Origin: Vampirovibrionales bacterium
GTDB lineage: Bacteria > Cyanobacteriota > Vampirovibrionia > Vampirovibrionales > JAJTHC01
Assembly: GCA_044346175.1 (NCBI GenBank)
Contig: JBIIZQ010000005.1
Span: forward strand, 20,818-84,817
Direction of reading: 5' to 3'
DNA: 64,000 nt
Below the pieces are notes generated by a model that searched no databases, was not told the DNA's origin, and saw only the letters and a list, made by a program, of their open reading frames with translations. Shown here one piece after another: positions 10,073 through 19,974 of the stretch. The translations under genes were made by a program, and so were the position numbers. How positions within the stretch are numbered: the first letter of the stretch is position 1; every line of letters begins with the position of its first letter.

Positions 10073-10485
10073 AAGTGTAAGGCATGATTAAGGAGAGAGT
10101 GAGGTTTGGGTAGAGGGCTTAGGTGTTGAGCCATGTTACAGGAAAGGTTGCAGGCGATGTGACAGGCAATGACATGGGCAGAGGGTTTAGGCTAATGGAG
10201 GTTAAAGCCTTCCTCCATAGTGTACCCTAAAGCCCTTAGAGAATATAGTGCTATCTGGATGGAAAGCCCGTATAGCGTATCTTATTCTACCGATATTTTT
10301 AGTAGGAGGCGATTTGTAATCATCCCGTTTTTTAAGTATCCCCATGGGTTAGGGGTGACAGACACTTACGCTTTGTATATAAAACAAACAGTTACTAGGG
10401 TGGATGAATCTTTTTATGGTATTTTTGTAAAAATATTGTAATAAGTATAAATCTTACGCTCCCAAAAATGCGACCTATTTGACAC

Positions 10486-12468
10486 ATGTCCTACGGTTTT
10501 TTCTCATTGTTACTTAAAATAGTATTCGTGGCTTTGTTAGTAATCCCCTTGGTGGGCATCATCGCAATGATGCTTGTTTGTATAGAATTACTCGTTTTAG
10601 GGTATCTAACAGTTACACTGATTAGAATATGCTCTTGGATTAAGCGCGCAGGGGGAAAACTGGTTTCCGACATTTGGTCACTTTGGGTAGATATTCATCC
10701 TTTCAAGAAAGAATTTTGGAATGGGCATTCCTTTAGCTTGCTATTCCATACATGCCATGATGTCCTGATGAAAAACTGGCTTTCGGATAACGCCCTAGTA
10801 GACATACTGGAAATGTTGGCTGACCGTTTTGCCTCTTTCTTTATGCGTATTATGACTATCGTATGGGATATGCTGAAAGTTGGTTTACTCGTACTGATGC
10901 CTTCTATCATTCTAGTTCTTACAGTGCCAAGCTTTAGAAACAAACCCCAGATAGAGTCGGTTCTTCAAGCGTGTAGCAATAACGCTCTAATACAGGATTT
11001 GTTTTACAAAGCCAAAAAAAACGAAAACGATTCTTCCAAATCCCAAATTGATTTCCAGAAGCTTGCCGAATTTATTAGAAACAAACCCCAGATAGAGTCG
11101 GTTCTTCAAGCGTGTAGCAATAACGCTCTAATACAGGATTTGTTTTACGAAGACAAAAAAAACGAAAACGATTCTTCCAAATCCCAAATTGATTTCCAGA
11201 AGCTTGCCGAATTTATTGGAAAACTTACCGTTCTTTTTGCAGCCTTAACCTTGATATTTAACTACTACAAGCACCGTAATGATGAAGCCAAAAACCTTAT
11301 TAAAGACTGGCTTCATACCTCTGAAGGAAAGCTCATTTGTGATGTGCTTGAAAATGAACTTTCAGTGATTGAACACCCTTTTCATAAACAAGACAAAGAT
11401 AAAACTGACTTCTTAGTAGATTGGAGCTATACAGGGCCTGCAACACTCATTATTCAAAGTAAAACCGATCCAAAGTTTAAGGATTTATCTTTAACGTTTG
11501 CACAGTGGTGGCTAAATGCTTACAACCTGATTGAAAAAGATGACTCCAAAGACCGCTCCTATGCTGATGTTTTAAGCAAAGCCATAAGACCATTTAGCCT
11601 ATGTCTGACACAAAACGAAGCATGCAAGGAACGCAAGGAATGCCAAGAATGCAAAAGCATCACAACATTAAAAGACTTACTAGAGGTTTGTAAAACCATT
11701 GCGGAACAAAAGGGAAACGGCATTTTTATACGTACGATGCAGGGCTATCCCGAACTATTAAAAGGTTTAGAACATGAGGTAAGGGAGCAACATTTCTTTA
11801 ACGACATTCTTTCGCCAGACCTTTTAAATAAAACGCCTGAGCAATTGCTGGTGTCTCCTACGACCCTTATCACCTATACTTATTACTTCTTATCAAGACG
11901 ATATCTATCAGTTATCAATGCTTTTTACAATGCTATTGCGGATAAAAAAGTAAACTTGAGTTATGCAGAAAAGCAACTCATTTTCGCTTTTGATACCTTT
12001 TTTCAAAGCTTACGTAAGGTGGCACTGAGCATCAAACAACGCAACGTGACGTATGACGATGTAGAACCCACCGTATGGTATTGGCTTGACCGTATTGAGT
12101 ATCTCATTGTAGAAGGTAGACTTAAAGACCCTAAATACGAATACTACTCTTTCGTTGCCCATTATATTATAAGAGACTACCCTGAGATTTTTGAACTCCT
12201 TGCACGTCGACATCTTGATTGGCAAATCAGCTGGCGTAAGCCTCGGTATCGAACCTTAAAGCAACAAAAACATCGTGAAGCTTACAATGCTGTGATTAAA
12301 AAGATGATTTCAGACAATGAAAAAGCAATGAAAAAAGCTACAGAAACCCCCTACGAACCTTTAAAATTCTATGAAGACCTCGCCATTGAGCTTTCTGAAC
12401 TCAAACGAATCCAACTCCTCAAAAAGAGTCTTTACGTGAGGATGAAATGCGAAAGCTTAAAGGAGTAG
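10486..12468 (+). CDS. Hypothetical membrane protein with a bilobed N-terminal hydrophobic domain, an internal 47-aa tandem duplication and a K/E/N-rich C-terminus (effector-like)
   Basis: The gene is distinctly AT-rich compared with its flanks. There is an N-terminal ~45-aa bilobed hydrophobic segment and a second TM segment. No recognisable catalytic domain. Confidence 0.5.
   Translation: MSYGFFSLLLKIVFVALLVIPLVGIIAMMLVCIELLVLGYLTVTLIRICSWIKRAGGKLVSDIWSLWVDIHPFKKEFWNGHSFSLLFHTCHDVLMKNWLSDNALVDILEMLADRFASFFMRIMTIVWDMLKVGLLVLMPSIILVLTVPSFRNKPQIESVLQACSNNALIQDLFYKAKKNENDSSKSQIDFQKLAEFIRNKPQIESVLQACSNNALIQDLFYEDKKNENDSSKSQIDFQKLAEFIGKLTVLFAALTLIFNYYKHRNDEAKNLIKDWLHTSEGKLICDVLENELSVIEHPFHKQDKDKTDFLVDWSYTGPATLIIQSKTDPKFKDLSLTFAQWWLNAYNLIEKDDSKDRSYADVLSKAIRPFSLCLTQNEACKERKECQECKSITTLKDLLEVCKTIAEQKGNGIFIRTMQGYPELLKGLEHEVREQHFFNDILSPDLLNKTPEQLLVSPTTLITYTYYFLSRRYLSVINAFYNAIADKKVNLSYAEKQLIFAFDTFFQSLRKVALSIKQRNVTYDDVEPTVWYWLDRIEYLIVEGRLKDPKYEYYSFVAHYIIRDYPEIFELLARRHLDWQISWRKPRYRTLKQQKHREAYNAVIKKMISDNEKAMKKATETPYEPLKFYEDLAIELSELKRIQLLKKSLYVRMKCESLKE
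10936..11217 (+). repeat. Intragenic near-perfect tandem duplication (2 x 141 bp, 47 aa each)
   Basis: agaaacaaaccccagatagagtcggttcttcaagcgtgtagcaataacgctctaatacaggatttgtttta... is repeated head-to-tail with only 3-4 substitutions (K->E, A->D). Confidence 0.9.
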
Positions 12469-12603
12469 GATAGTCGAGGGGCTTGCGTCTGTGGTAGCAT
12501 AGGGCGTAAGTGTTCCGTCATGCGTTATAACTTAAGGCATGAACCCCAAAATGTTTCACCTGCTGTGTAGCCCCTACCATAGTTTTTAAAGTGTCGACCC
12601 CCT

Positions 12604-14478
12604 ATGATGATGACTCTGTCTCTTTCTTCGATTAAGCGATTCTTGATTGGTGAACCCCTCCGTACCAAGTTTGCCAAACATCAAAAAGTCAATGTCCCCA
12701 TGGGGCTGGCCATTTTTGCTGCCGATGCACTGTCATCCTCGGCATACGCTACGGATGAAGTTCTCATTGCCTTAAACGTGATGTTGCCTGGCGTGGCTGC
12801 TTCAGCCGTGATTCAGCAACTTGCCATGCCTGTGGCGGTTGCGATTGTATGGCTTATTTTATTAGTCGTTATTTCGTATCAGCAGGTCATTCGTGCGTAC
12901 CCTTCAGGTGGGGGGTCTTATATTGTTTCAAGAAGCAATTTAGGCGAAGGACTGAGCCTGGTAGCGGGTTCTGCACTACTCATTGATTATGTTCTGACCG
13001 TATCGGTGAGTATTTGTGCTGGTGTTGGTGCGATGGTCTCTGCGGGATGGATACCCCATGAACTCCAAGTCCCTGTTGCGGTTGGGGCGGATGTTCTCAT
13101 TTTAGGGATGAACCTCCGAGGGCTTAAAGAATCTGCTTCTGTGTTTTTGCTACCCTCTTTTTTGTTTATCGGTGCCATGGCGTTCCTGCTCATTTCTGCA
13201 CTGTATCAAATGTTCACAGGCTCTTTGCATATTTTGCATCCTGAACCCGTTGCCCAACAAGTGGCAGGGTCGGGGCTTGGATTGTTCCTCGCTTGTAAGC
13301 TGTTTTTTAATGGCTTCTCACACGGTTGTGCAGGCTTAACAGGGATTGAGGCTGTTTCAAATGGTGTGAATGCCTTCAAAGAACCCGCCTCTAAAAACGC
13401 TAACGTAACGATGATGTGGATGGGTACCATTCTGGCGGCTATCTTTATTGGCATGACGTATTTTGCAGTCAAAATTGGCGTAGTACCTATAGAAGGTAAA
13501 AACGTGGTTTCCCAGTTGGCAACCGCTGTGTTTGTAGGACAGCCCATCTTGTTCAACATTGTGATGTTTGCAGTCATGCTGATTCTGATTCTAGCGGCTA
13601 ACACTGCGTACTCTGACTTCCCAAGGGTGTCTTCATTCTTGGCAGACGATGGCTTTTTACCGCGCCAACTCATGAGTATCGGCGACCGCCTAGTGTTTAG
13701 TAATGGGATTATTATGCTGGGCATCATTTCGATGCTCCTCATTATTTTCTTCAAAGGCGACACCCATGCCTTGATACCCCTTTACTCGGTGGGTGTATTT
13801 ATTTGTTTTACCCTCACACAATTGGGCTTAGTGCGGCACCACCTGCGGGAAAGAGAAAAAGGATGGCAGCTGGGGATGTTAATCAATGGCATGGGGGCTG
13901 TGATTACAGGGATGGTGCTTGTTGTGTTGGCGGTTGAAAAGTTCCTTGAGGGTGCTTGGCTTGTATTTATCGCCATACCGTTGCTTATTTATATGTTTAA
14001 GTGTATTAAAAATCATTACAAATCAGTGGGGAGACAGCTTGCACTCCCTGAGGCAACCCATTGTCCTGTGAAGGTTGAACACACCGTCTTGGTGCTAGTG
14101 GCTTCTTTGAACCGTGGAACGATTGCCGCCTTGGAATATGCAAAGTCTATCAGTGAAAGAGTTGAAGCGGTTCACGTTGAGCTTAAACCTGAAGCCACAC
14201 AACGTTTACGCCATATCTGGGATGATTGGGGATGCGGACTCCCTTTAACCATTCTTAAATCGCCTTACCGTACTCTGGTGAATCCTTTGATGGATTATAT
14301 CGATGAGGTAGAAGGACGATATGACCATGACCTTGTAACGATTGTGATTCCTGAGTTTGTCACCAAAAAAATGTGGCATAACATTCTTCATAACCAGACC
14401 GCTTTTTACTTGAAGGCTATCCTATCCCGTAAAAAAGGGAAAGTGGTTACGACCGTAAGGTATCATCTTGAAGAGTAA
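12604..14478 (+). CDS. kimA: KimA-family (APC superfamily) K+ transporter with a C-terminal regulatory domain
   Basis: The N-terminus (IKRFLIGEPLRT...ADALSSSAYATDEVL...AYPSGGGSYIVSRSNLGEGLSLVAGSALLIDYVLTVSVSICAG) closely follows the B. subtilis KimA/YdaO N-terminal pattern. 12 TM segments are followed by a ~150-aa cytoplasmic domain. Confidence 0.65.
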   Translation: MMMTLSLSSIKRFLIGEPLRTKFAKHQKVNVPMGLAIFAADALSSSAYATDEVLIALNVMLPGVAASAVIQQLAMPVAVAIVWLILLVVISYQQVIRAYPSGGGSYIVSRSNLGEGLSLVAGSALLIDYVLTVSVSICAGVGAMVSAGWIPHELQVPVAVGADVLILGMNLRGLKESASVFLLPSFLFIGAMAFLLISALYQMFTGSLHILHPEPVAQQVAGSGLGLFLACKLFFNGFSHGCAGLTGIEAVSNGVNAFKEPASKNANVTMMWMGTILAAIFIGMTYFAVKIGVVPIEGKNVVSQLATAVFVGQPILFNIVMFAVMLILILAANTAYSDFPRVSSFLADDGFLPRQLMSIGDRLVFSNGIIMLGIISMLLIIFFKGDTHALIPLYSVGVFICFTLTQLGLVRHHLREREKGWQLGMLINGMGAVITGMVLVVLAVEKFLEGAWLVFIAIPLLIYMFKCIKNHYKSVGRQLALPEATHCPVKVEHTVLVLVASLNRGTIAALEYAKSISERVEAVHVELKPEATQRLRHIWDDWGCGLPLTILKSPYRTLVNPLMDYIDEVEGRYDHDLVTIVIPEFVTKKMWHNILHNQTAFYLKAILSRKKGKVVTTVRYHLEE

Positions 14479-14515
14479 GTCTTCTGAAAGTCAGTGCCAT
14501 TTTTTATCTCATACG

Positions 14516-14585
14516 GTCATACCGACGAAAGTCGGTATCCAGCTCCTTATGCCTCTTGGATTCCGACCTGCGTCGGAATGACGAC
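14516..14585. repeat. MITE/REP-like palindromic element, copy 1 (two hairpins)
   Basis: Hairpin 1 is gtcATACCGACgaaaGTCGGTATcc. Hairpin 2 is ggATTCCGACctgcGTCGGAATgacgac. The same termini occur in inverted orientation at 41965..42085. Confidence 0.8.
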
Positions 14586-14696
14586 TTAGGTTGTAGTGAA
14601 TATCTCCTACTTTAAGGCATGTACCCTATTGGAGCATTGCTTTCAAAAAGTCTCATCAAAAATTAAGCATCCAAGTAGTATCTATTGTTTGGACAT

Positions 14697-14706
14697 ATGG
14701 TATAAT
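14697..14706 (+). promoter_or_regulatory. Candidate extended -10 promoter (TGgTATAAT) upstream of ORF 14839
   Basis: atatggtataatac is read directly in the AT-rich intergenic region, ~130 nt upstream of the 14839 start. Confidence 0.3.
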
Positions 14707-14838
14707 ACATGAAGATGTTCAAATGATTTAATCGTTTTAAAGTGTGTTTTGTTAAAAACGTCTTCCCTAAACTATCTTCTTGACTACCTTCATAAAAGTC
14801 CTTAAGAAGATACATACTCAACAGACCTTTTAAACCTC

Positions 14839-15717
14839 GTGTTTTCTAATACGCTCCTGTCTTCAGCCTGCATACCTTGCCAAACACCTAAGGTGACGGT
14901 ACCTCGTACGGTAAGCCCTACGGCTTTACAGCGAGGTAAGAGTCTTAATCGAGCAGATACCTTTAGCCAAGTATTGGCACAGCACTTGCCCCAGATGCGT
15001 CCTCAGGAGGTACGCCCTTCCGCCTTGACCTTGCCATGGCAAGAGGTTTCTCAAGAAACCCCTAAACAATCGCAACATCATGCCTTTAAAGGTTCATTGC
15101 ATCCCGCTTCTCATTTGCAATCTATTGAGAGTGAAAAAAATCAGTTTGCATTACAAACCACACGAGGGGATGTCTTTCAACGACGTTTTGGACAAAATCA
15201 AGAAACCCTCACAACACAAGTTCCCACGGCAATTAAACCCAACTTTATAGCGGGGCTGACCCATCAAAGTGGCTATGCACAACCACAGCCCCTTGCACTT
15301 AAAGAGACGGCTAAAGTGGGTTCAGATGTTTTAAAACAACAATGGACGCAGCAGGGTAAGCAGGTGATGGGTCGGTTACGGATGTTAGGAGGACAGCTCA
15401 AAGAGCAAACGCTTAATACCGTTGTGCAGTCTTGGCAAACGGTGACTTCTTCGACAGCTGGCAAAGCCCTTTTACTTCCCTTGCAGCCTAGTATTGCGGC
15501 ACTTTCAGTGGGCGGTACCGATATGAAGACCTCTTTAAAATCGACAAGTCTTACCACCACCCTAACGCCTTCAACCTTAGCGTATCAACCCAGTGCTGAT
15601 AATATGGGCGTTCATCTACAGCCTGGGCATCACCTCATTCAGCCTGAAACCGTTCATTACGCACAATCTTACGGACAATACCACGCCGTTGGGCATAAGC
15701 TCAATATTGTAGGGTAA
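14839..15717 (+). CDS. Hypothetical Q/T/S-rich protein
   Basis: An ORF with no recognisable motifs, located between the kimA-like gene and cdaA. Confidence 0.35.
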   Translation: MFSNTLLSSACIPCQTPKVTVPRTVSPTALQRGKSLNRADTFSQVLAQHLPQMRPQEVRPSALTLPWQEVSQETPKQSQHHAFKGSLHPASHLQSIESEKNQFALQTTRGDVFQRRFGQNQETLTTQVPTAIKPNFIAGLTHQSGYAQPQPLALKETAKVGSDVLKQQWTQQGKQVMGRLRMLGGQLKEQTLNTVVQSWQTVTSSTAGKALLLPLQPSIAALSVGGTDMKTSLKSTSLTTTLTPSTLAYQPSADNMGVHLQPGHHLIQPETVHYAQSYGQYHAVGHKLNIVG

Positions 15718-15792
15718 ATAAAAAGGTCACATACTTTACCGAGAGCGTAAGGTGTGTACTACAAAAATAAAACAAAGATGTGATATGATAAG

Positions 15793-16767
15793 GTGCCTTG
15801 CTCCTTATCATGTTCTCTTGATGCTTTAAGTCCTAAAGAGTCCTTTATGCCTTTTGATGCCATGCTTGACCAGCCCCCAAGTCCTCACCTGCCAGGGGTT
15901 CATCTCTCTGAAACATGGATTGACCAGCTCATCCATGTCGTACTGAGTTATGTTGAGATTGGCTCCCTTGTACTTGTGTTTTTGTGGGTTTATTGGCGAT
16001 TCATTCGAGGCAACCAAGCCGAACCTCTACTGAGGGGGCTTTTACTCATTTTATTGGGGGTTATGGGGATATGGCTCCTTGCTAGGGCATTCCATTTTAC
16101 CCTTTGGGAGAGTCTTATCAGCTTAGGTACCCAACTTTTTTTAGTGGGTCTGATGATGATTTTTCAACCCGAGTTGAGGCGTATTCTGCTTTATATTGGG
16201 CGAACCTCTTGGCTACAAAAAGTGTTACAAAGTTTAGGTCTCGGGCTGGAGCAGGACCGAGAAATCGCCACGCTCAACGCTGAAGAAATGACACGTTTTT
16301 TACAACGTATGGGCGAAACGGTAAGGTATTTAAGTAAACGACAAATGGGTGCTTTAATGGTGATTGAGCCTATGAGCTTGAACCGTCATGAACTGGCCTA
16401 TCAAGATGAATTTTTAGAACAGGGGGTACTCCTCCATGCACGTCTTTCGGCTGAACTGCTCATTACCTTGTTTCACCCCAATACGCCTTTGCACGATGGT
16501 GCATGCCTCATTCGGGCAAGAGGTTCTAAAGTTGTGGTGGCAGGGGCATTACTCCCATTAACAGAAGACCCCCATTTAAGCTGGCAATACGGAACCCGAC
16601 ACCGTGCCGCTATAGGTCTTAGTGAAACCTCACCCTGTGCTTGTGTTGTTGTGAGTGAAGAAACAGGGATGGTTAGTTTTGTGCATGAAGGTAAAATCCA
16701 GCGCACCAAAACGATTGAAGAACTCAAACAGTACCTCAAACAATACCTTACCTCTTCAGGGACTTAG
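15793..16767 (+). CDS. cdaA: Diadenylate cyclase CdaA (c-di-AMP synthase), membrane-anchored
   Basis: Three N-terminal TM helices followed by a DAC domain with HDGACLI (DGA motif) and GTRHRAAIGLSETSPCACVVVSEETGMVS (RHR motif). The true start is probably the internal Met MPFDAML. Confidence 0.8.
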   Translation: MPCSLSCSLDALSPKESFMPFDAMLDQPPSPHLPGVHLSETWIDQLIHVVLSYVEIGSLVLVFLWVYWRFIRGNQAEPLLRGLLLILLGVMGIWLLARAFHFTLWESLISLGTQLFLVGLMMIFQPELRRILLYIGRTSWLQKVLQSLGLGLEQDREIATLNAEEMTRFLQRMGETVRYLSKRQMGALMVIEPMSLNRHELAYQDEFLEQGVLLHARLSAELLITLFHPNTPLHDGACLIRARGSKVVVAGALLPLTEDPHLSWQYGTRHRAAIGLSETSPCACVVVSEETGMVSFVHEGKIQRTKTIEELKQYLKQYLTSSGT

Positions 16768-16768
16768 C

Positions 16769-18820
16769 CTAAGCCGTGACACGCTGAGGTGCTGAAGGGG
16801 TCATGCTCGGTAAATGGCTCGAAAAATGGGGTGGCTCTACCGTTAATACGCCCAGTTTTTCTCGTTGGCGACGTTTTTCTAACGAATTCGTCACCCAAAT
16901 ACCTAATTGTGGTTCAAGGAAAGCAAGTAAGGCGACAGAAATGGCAGCACTCGTTAGGGTGACACGATTTTGTGTATGTTTTACACGGGCGACTAAGTCG
17001 GGCAAGTGCTTGATTTGAGACTCACTTAACCGTAAGGCATGTTGCATCATGGGGCGTGTAATTTCTTGGGCATCTCGGCGTACACTGTAATCAGCCGTTT
17101 TAAACAGGAGTTGATGGCCTACTTGCTTGCTTTGCTCAAAAGTCATTAAGCCATCCCGTACCAAGGTGTGCATAAGCTGTTTGTTTGCAAGACGGCTCAA
17201 ACCCTGGCGTAGCCACTGGGTTCCCCAAGTGAGGGTAGGGAATCCTAATATATTGTCACGCAGTAACGTTTCTCTAAAGTCGGCATCGTTTCTACTTTCC
17301 ATGAGACGAATGCCACATAAAGCCCCATACGTGAACTCCATTTGACGTAAGGTTGTAAAAGGAAAAGTACGCTCAAAGGACAGAAACTCTTTCATGCCCT
17401 TGGCAAAATCTAAACCCAAACGTCCCGCTTTCTGAGTCACAAAGTGTCGACCCGCTACAGCACCCAAAAAGCCGAAAAAGCCTGCACTTACAAGAGCAGG
17501 TGTCAAGTTGCCTTGTTTCAAACTTTCACGGATGTAGGGAAACCATTTCACGTGAGTTTTAGGGGTTGGCGTATTAGATGCTTGGACTGGTGCTTCTTTG
17601 CTTGCTTGGGGTGTCTGTCCAAAACGAGTTTGAAAGGTAGGCACTTGAGAAGAAGCGTAAGAGGCGTTGGTCTTTTGTGTTGACACTGCAAAAGGTTGGG
17701 TTGCACCCATAAAGGGGGTTGCCACGACCATGGCGGGTACTTTACTCAGCAGTCCAGAGGACGTATTGGAGATGGGGTGAGTACTAGCGGGGGTTGGATG
17801 ACTTAGGGGGGTATTTTTACCAAGGGATTTTGCTAATTTATCGTAGTGTTCCGAGATGGCACGGGTAGCAGGGTTGGTATCAGCCTGTGGCCCATAGCGT
17901 TTTACCATCATTTGACGTATCCAGTGAGGAATCATCAAAGAAATGCTAAAAGCAGCCAATGTACCAAGCCCCTGCCAAGGCTGATGTTTGAGTGTGGTTT
18001 CCGCCATATGTGCCAGTTTACTATCCCACGCATGCCCCTCATGGCGTGCCATGCGGGTAAGGTCATGCAAAATATTGGGTAGCGTGGTTTCAACAGGGTG
18101 TCCCGTGTGTGGGTGTTTTAAATGAATATCCAAACTAGGGAGGCGTAAAGCAGCCGCAAGGTTTTGTGCTTCATGCGTGTAGGGGTCTTGAGTTTTGCCT
18201 AAAAGGCTATCAAAGGCATGCCGAAAATGTCCGCCTGTTTGTTGTGCAGTGGTGGTTTCCCACTTGACCAGTTTATCCACAGCTTTTTGCAATGATGTTT
18301 GACCTAAAAGCCTTTCCTGTGAGGTCTCTTGGGTGATGGTGGAGGCTTGCGGGGACTGCACAAGCTTTTGTAATGTATTGAAAAAATCTTGTTGATGACG
18401 ACTTTTCTCGGCAATGGTTCTATACACCTCAAGACTATCAGCATCAATATTGTGTTGTATTAAGCCACCATGACGTTTGTCCAGATGTTTTCCTACAACG
18501 TAAGTTGCAAGTAGACCAGGTAAAAAGGTATCAGTAAAATCTGCCGCTGTATCTCGGATGAACATTTCCTCGCCAGCTTGTTTGTTTTTCTCACCCGTGA
18601 TGTCAAAGGTACGGTATTGTTGCTGTACAAACCTTGGTACGGTGTAACCAAAGGTCTGTTCCACAGCGTAACGTACGCCTTCTCCTCGGTTATATAAGCT
18701 ATCGGCAACCCCGTTCATCAGTTGCGTTGCAACAGAAGCACCCCCTGAAAAGCGTGCTGTTTGGGGTACACGATGCTTTGTTGGCGTAGGCAATGACAAG
18801 GCAGAAGAGGAAACGAGCAT
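16769..18820 (-). CDS. Large hypothetical protein (683 aa)
   Basis: A long ORF with a central S/T/P/Q-rich low-complexity region. No recognised motifs. Confidence 0.4.
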   Translation of the reverse strand: MLVSSSALSLPTPTKHRVPQTARFSGGASVATQLMNGVADSLYNRGEGVRYAVEQTFGYTVPRFVQQQYRTFDITGEKNKQAGEEMFIRDTAADFTDTFLPGLLATYVVGKHLDKRHGGLIQHNIDADSLEVYRTIAEKSRHQQDFFNTLQKLVQSPQASTITQETSQERLLGQTSLQKAVDKLVKWETTTAQQTGGHFRHAFDSLLGKTQDPYTHEAQNLAAALRLPSLDIHLKHPHTGHPVETTLPNILHDLTRMARHEGHAWDSKLAHMAETTLKHQPWQGLGTLAAFSISLMIPHWIRQMMVKRYGPQADTNPATRAISEHYDKLAKSLGKNTPLSHPTPASTHPISNTSSGLLSKVPAMVVATPFMGATQPFAVSTQKTNASYASSQVPTFQTRFGQTPQASKEAPVQASNTPTPKTHVKWFPYIRESLKQGNLTPALVSAGFFGFLGAVAGRHFVTQKAGRLGLDFAKGMKEFLSFERTFPFTTLRQMEFTYGALCGIRLMESRNDADFRETLLRDNILGFPTLTWGTQWLRQGLSRLANKQLMHTLVRDGLMTFEQSKQVGHQLLFKTADYSVRRDAQEITRPMMQHALRLSESQIKHLPDLVARVKHTQNRVTLTSAAISVALLAFLEPQLGIWVTNSLEKRRQREKLGVLTVEPPHFSSHLPSMTPSAPQRVTA

Positions 18821-19974
18821 AAAGCGTAAGGCAACTTCAATAACAGGGAAAACAAGGAGGAAACGGTGACCTAAGTAAGCCTTAAAGACTCAAGGACCAA
18901 TGGAGTCTCCCATGTAGAAGCAGCCATGCAATAATGCGTATGTTTTAAAACCTGTGTTGTGACAATCAAGAGAGTCGTAAGGGGATGGTGTTTTAATGAA
19001 ACCACCATACATAAACCCACTGTTAAACATTTTACTTTCATGGAGAACCAGTGTTTGCATTAAAACTTAAAGCTGAATGGGGTTTAAGGTTAAAGATTTC
19101 GTGCAGTAACGAGAGATTGATGCACGTCGTGATACGATAAAACACCCTCAACAAAAAGCAGTGCGTCCAAAACCCAAAACACATGCTAGGGTTCAGGGCA
19201 GCATGTGAGTTGAAAGACTCACATTGACTGCGATACACTTATTCAAAAATCCAAAAAAGCAACATGACACAATCTTGTAGCACTCCACGGAGGTTATGAG
19301 GGTCTTGAAACCTCAACATACCACTTCCATGACAGTTGTTGGGTATTAACCTCAACAACCAAGTATCTCTGTGCCTTAAGCAGGATACTTTCGGCATCAC
19401 TTCCCTTTTTGTGAAGTTACTTTAGAGATGGCACTCTAAGAAGAAACCAGGCAGTTTCAAAGGCAACCGCACATACTTTTGAAGGATGCACCTCTACAGG
19501 GCAATGTTATTATGCGTGAAATAAACCCACGATACAAGCCCTTATCTCTCATAAAGAAAGCATGTAACGCAAAGATGTAACATCCTGTGAATGTCGGTCT
19601 GGTGTCGTCCTGTAACGAAATGTTACAATCGGGCTTTTTTGTCAAAAGCAATCTTATTTCAAAGGGTAAGTTTGATGAAACTTTGTTAAAATAACAGGAT
19701 GCTCTTCTACAGTGTTAATAATGTAATAATGTTGCATTAAATGTATCTTTTTCATATACTCTATTTGTATAGAGTACTTGAGATAGATATTTTAAGCTCT
19801 GTTTTAGGCTGATACGTTCTGGTTTCGGTAACTGCCTGAGTGATGATATTCGTTTTAAATGATGTGTGTGTGCTACCCATTTGCTTCATCACAATGTTGA
19901 AACCTAGCCATTCTTTTTTATTCTCTAGATTGTTCACGTATTTTAAAATTGTTTCATAAGGTCTTACAAAGGAT

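Noticed and set aside
18274-18282. Perfect DnaA box TTATCCACA
   Set aside because: It is a single occurrence inside a coding region, with no cluster, no AT-rich DUE and no dnaA/dnaN nearby. Not an origin.
19749-19776. Hairpin plus T-run near 19590-19640, and a palindrome at ~19753 considered as terminators
   Set aside because: No co-directional upstream gene would end there. They are more likely operator or promoter-region elements, noted under the orphan-block finding.
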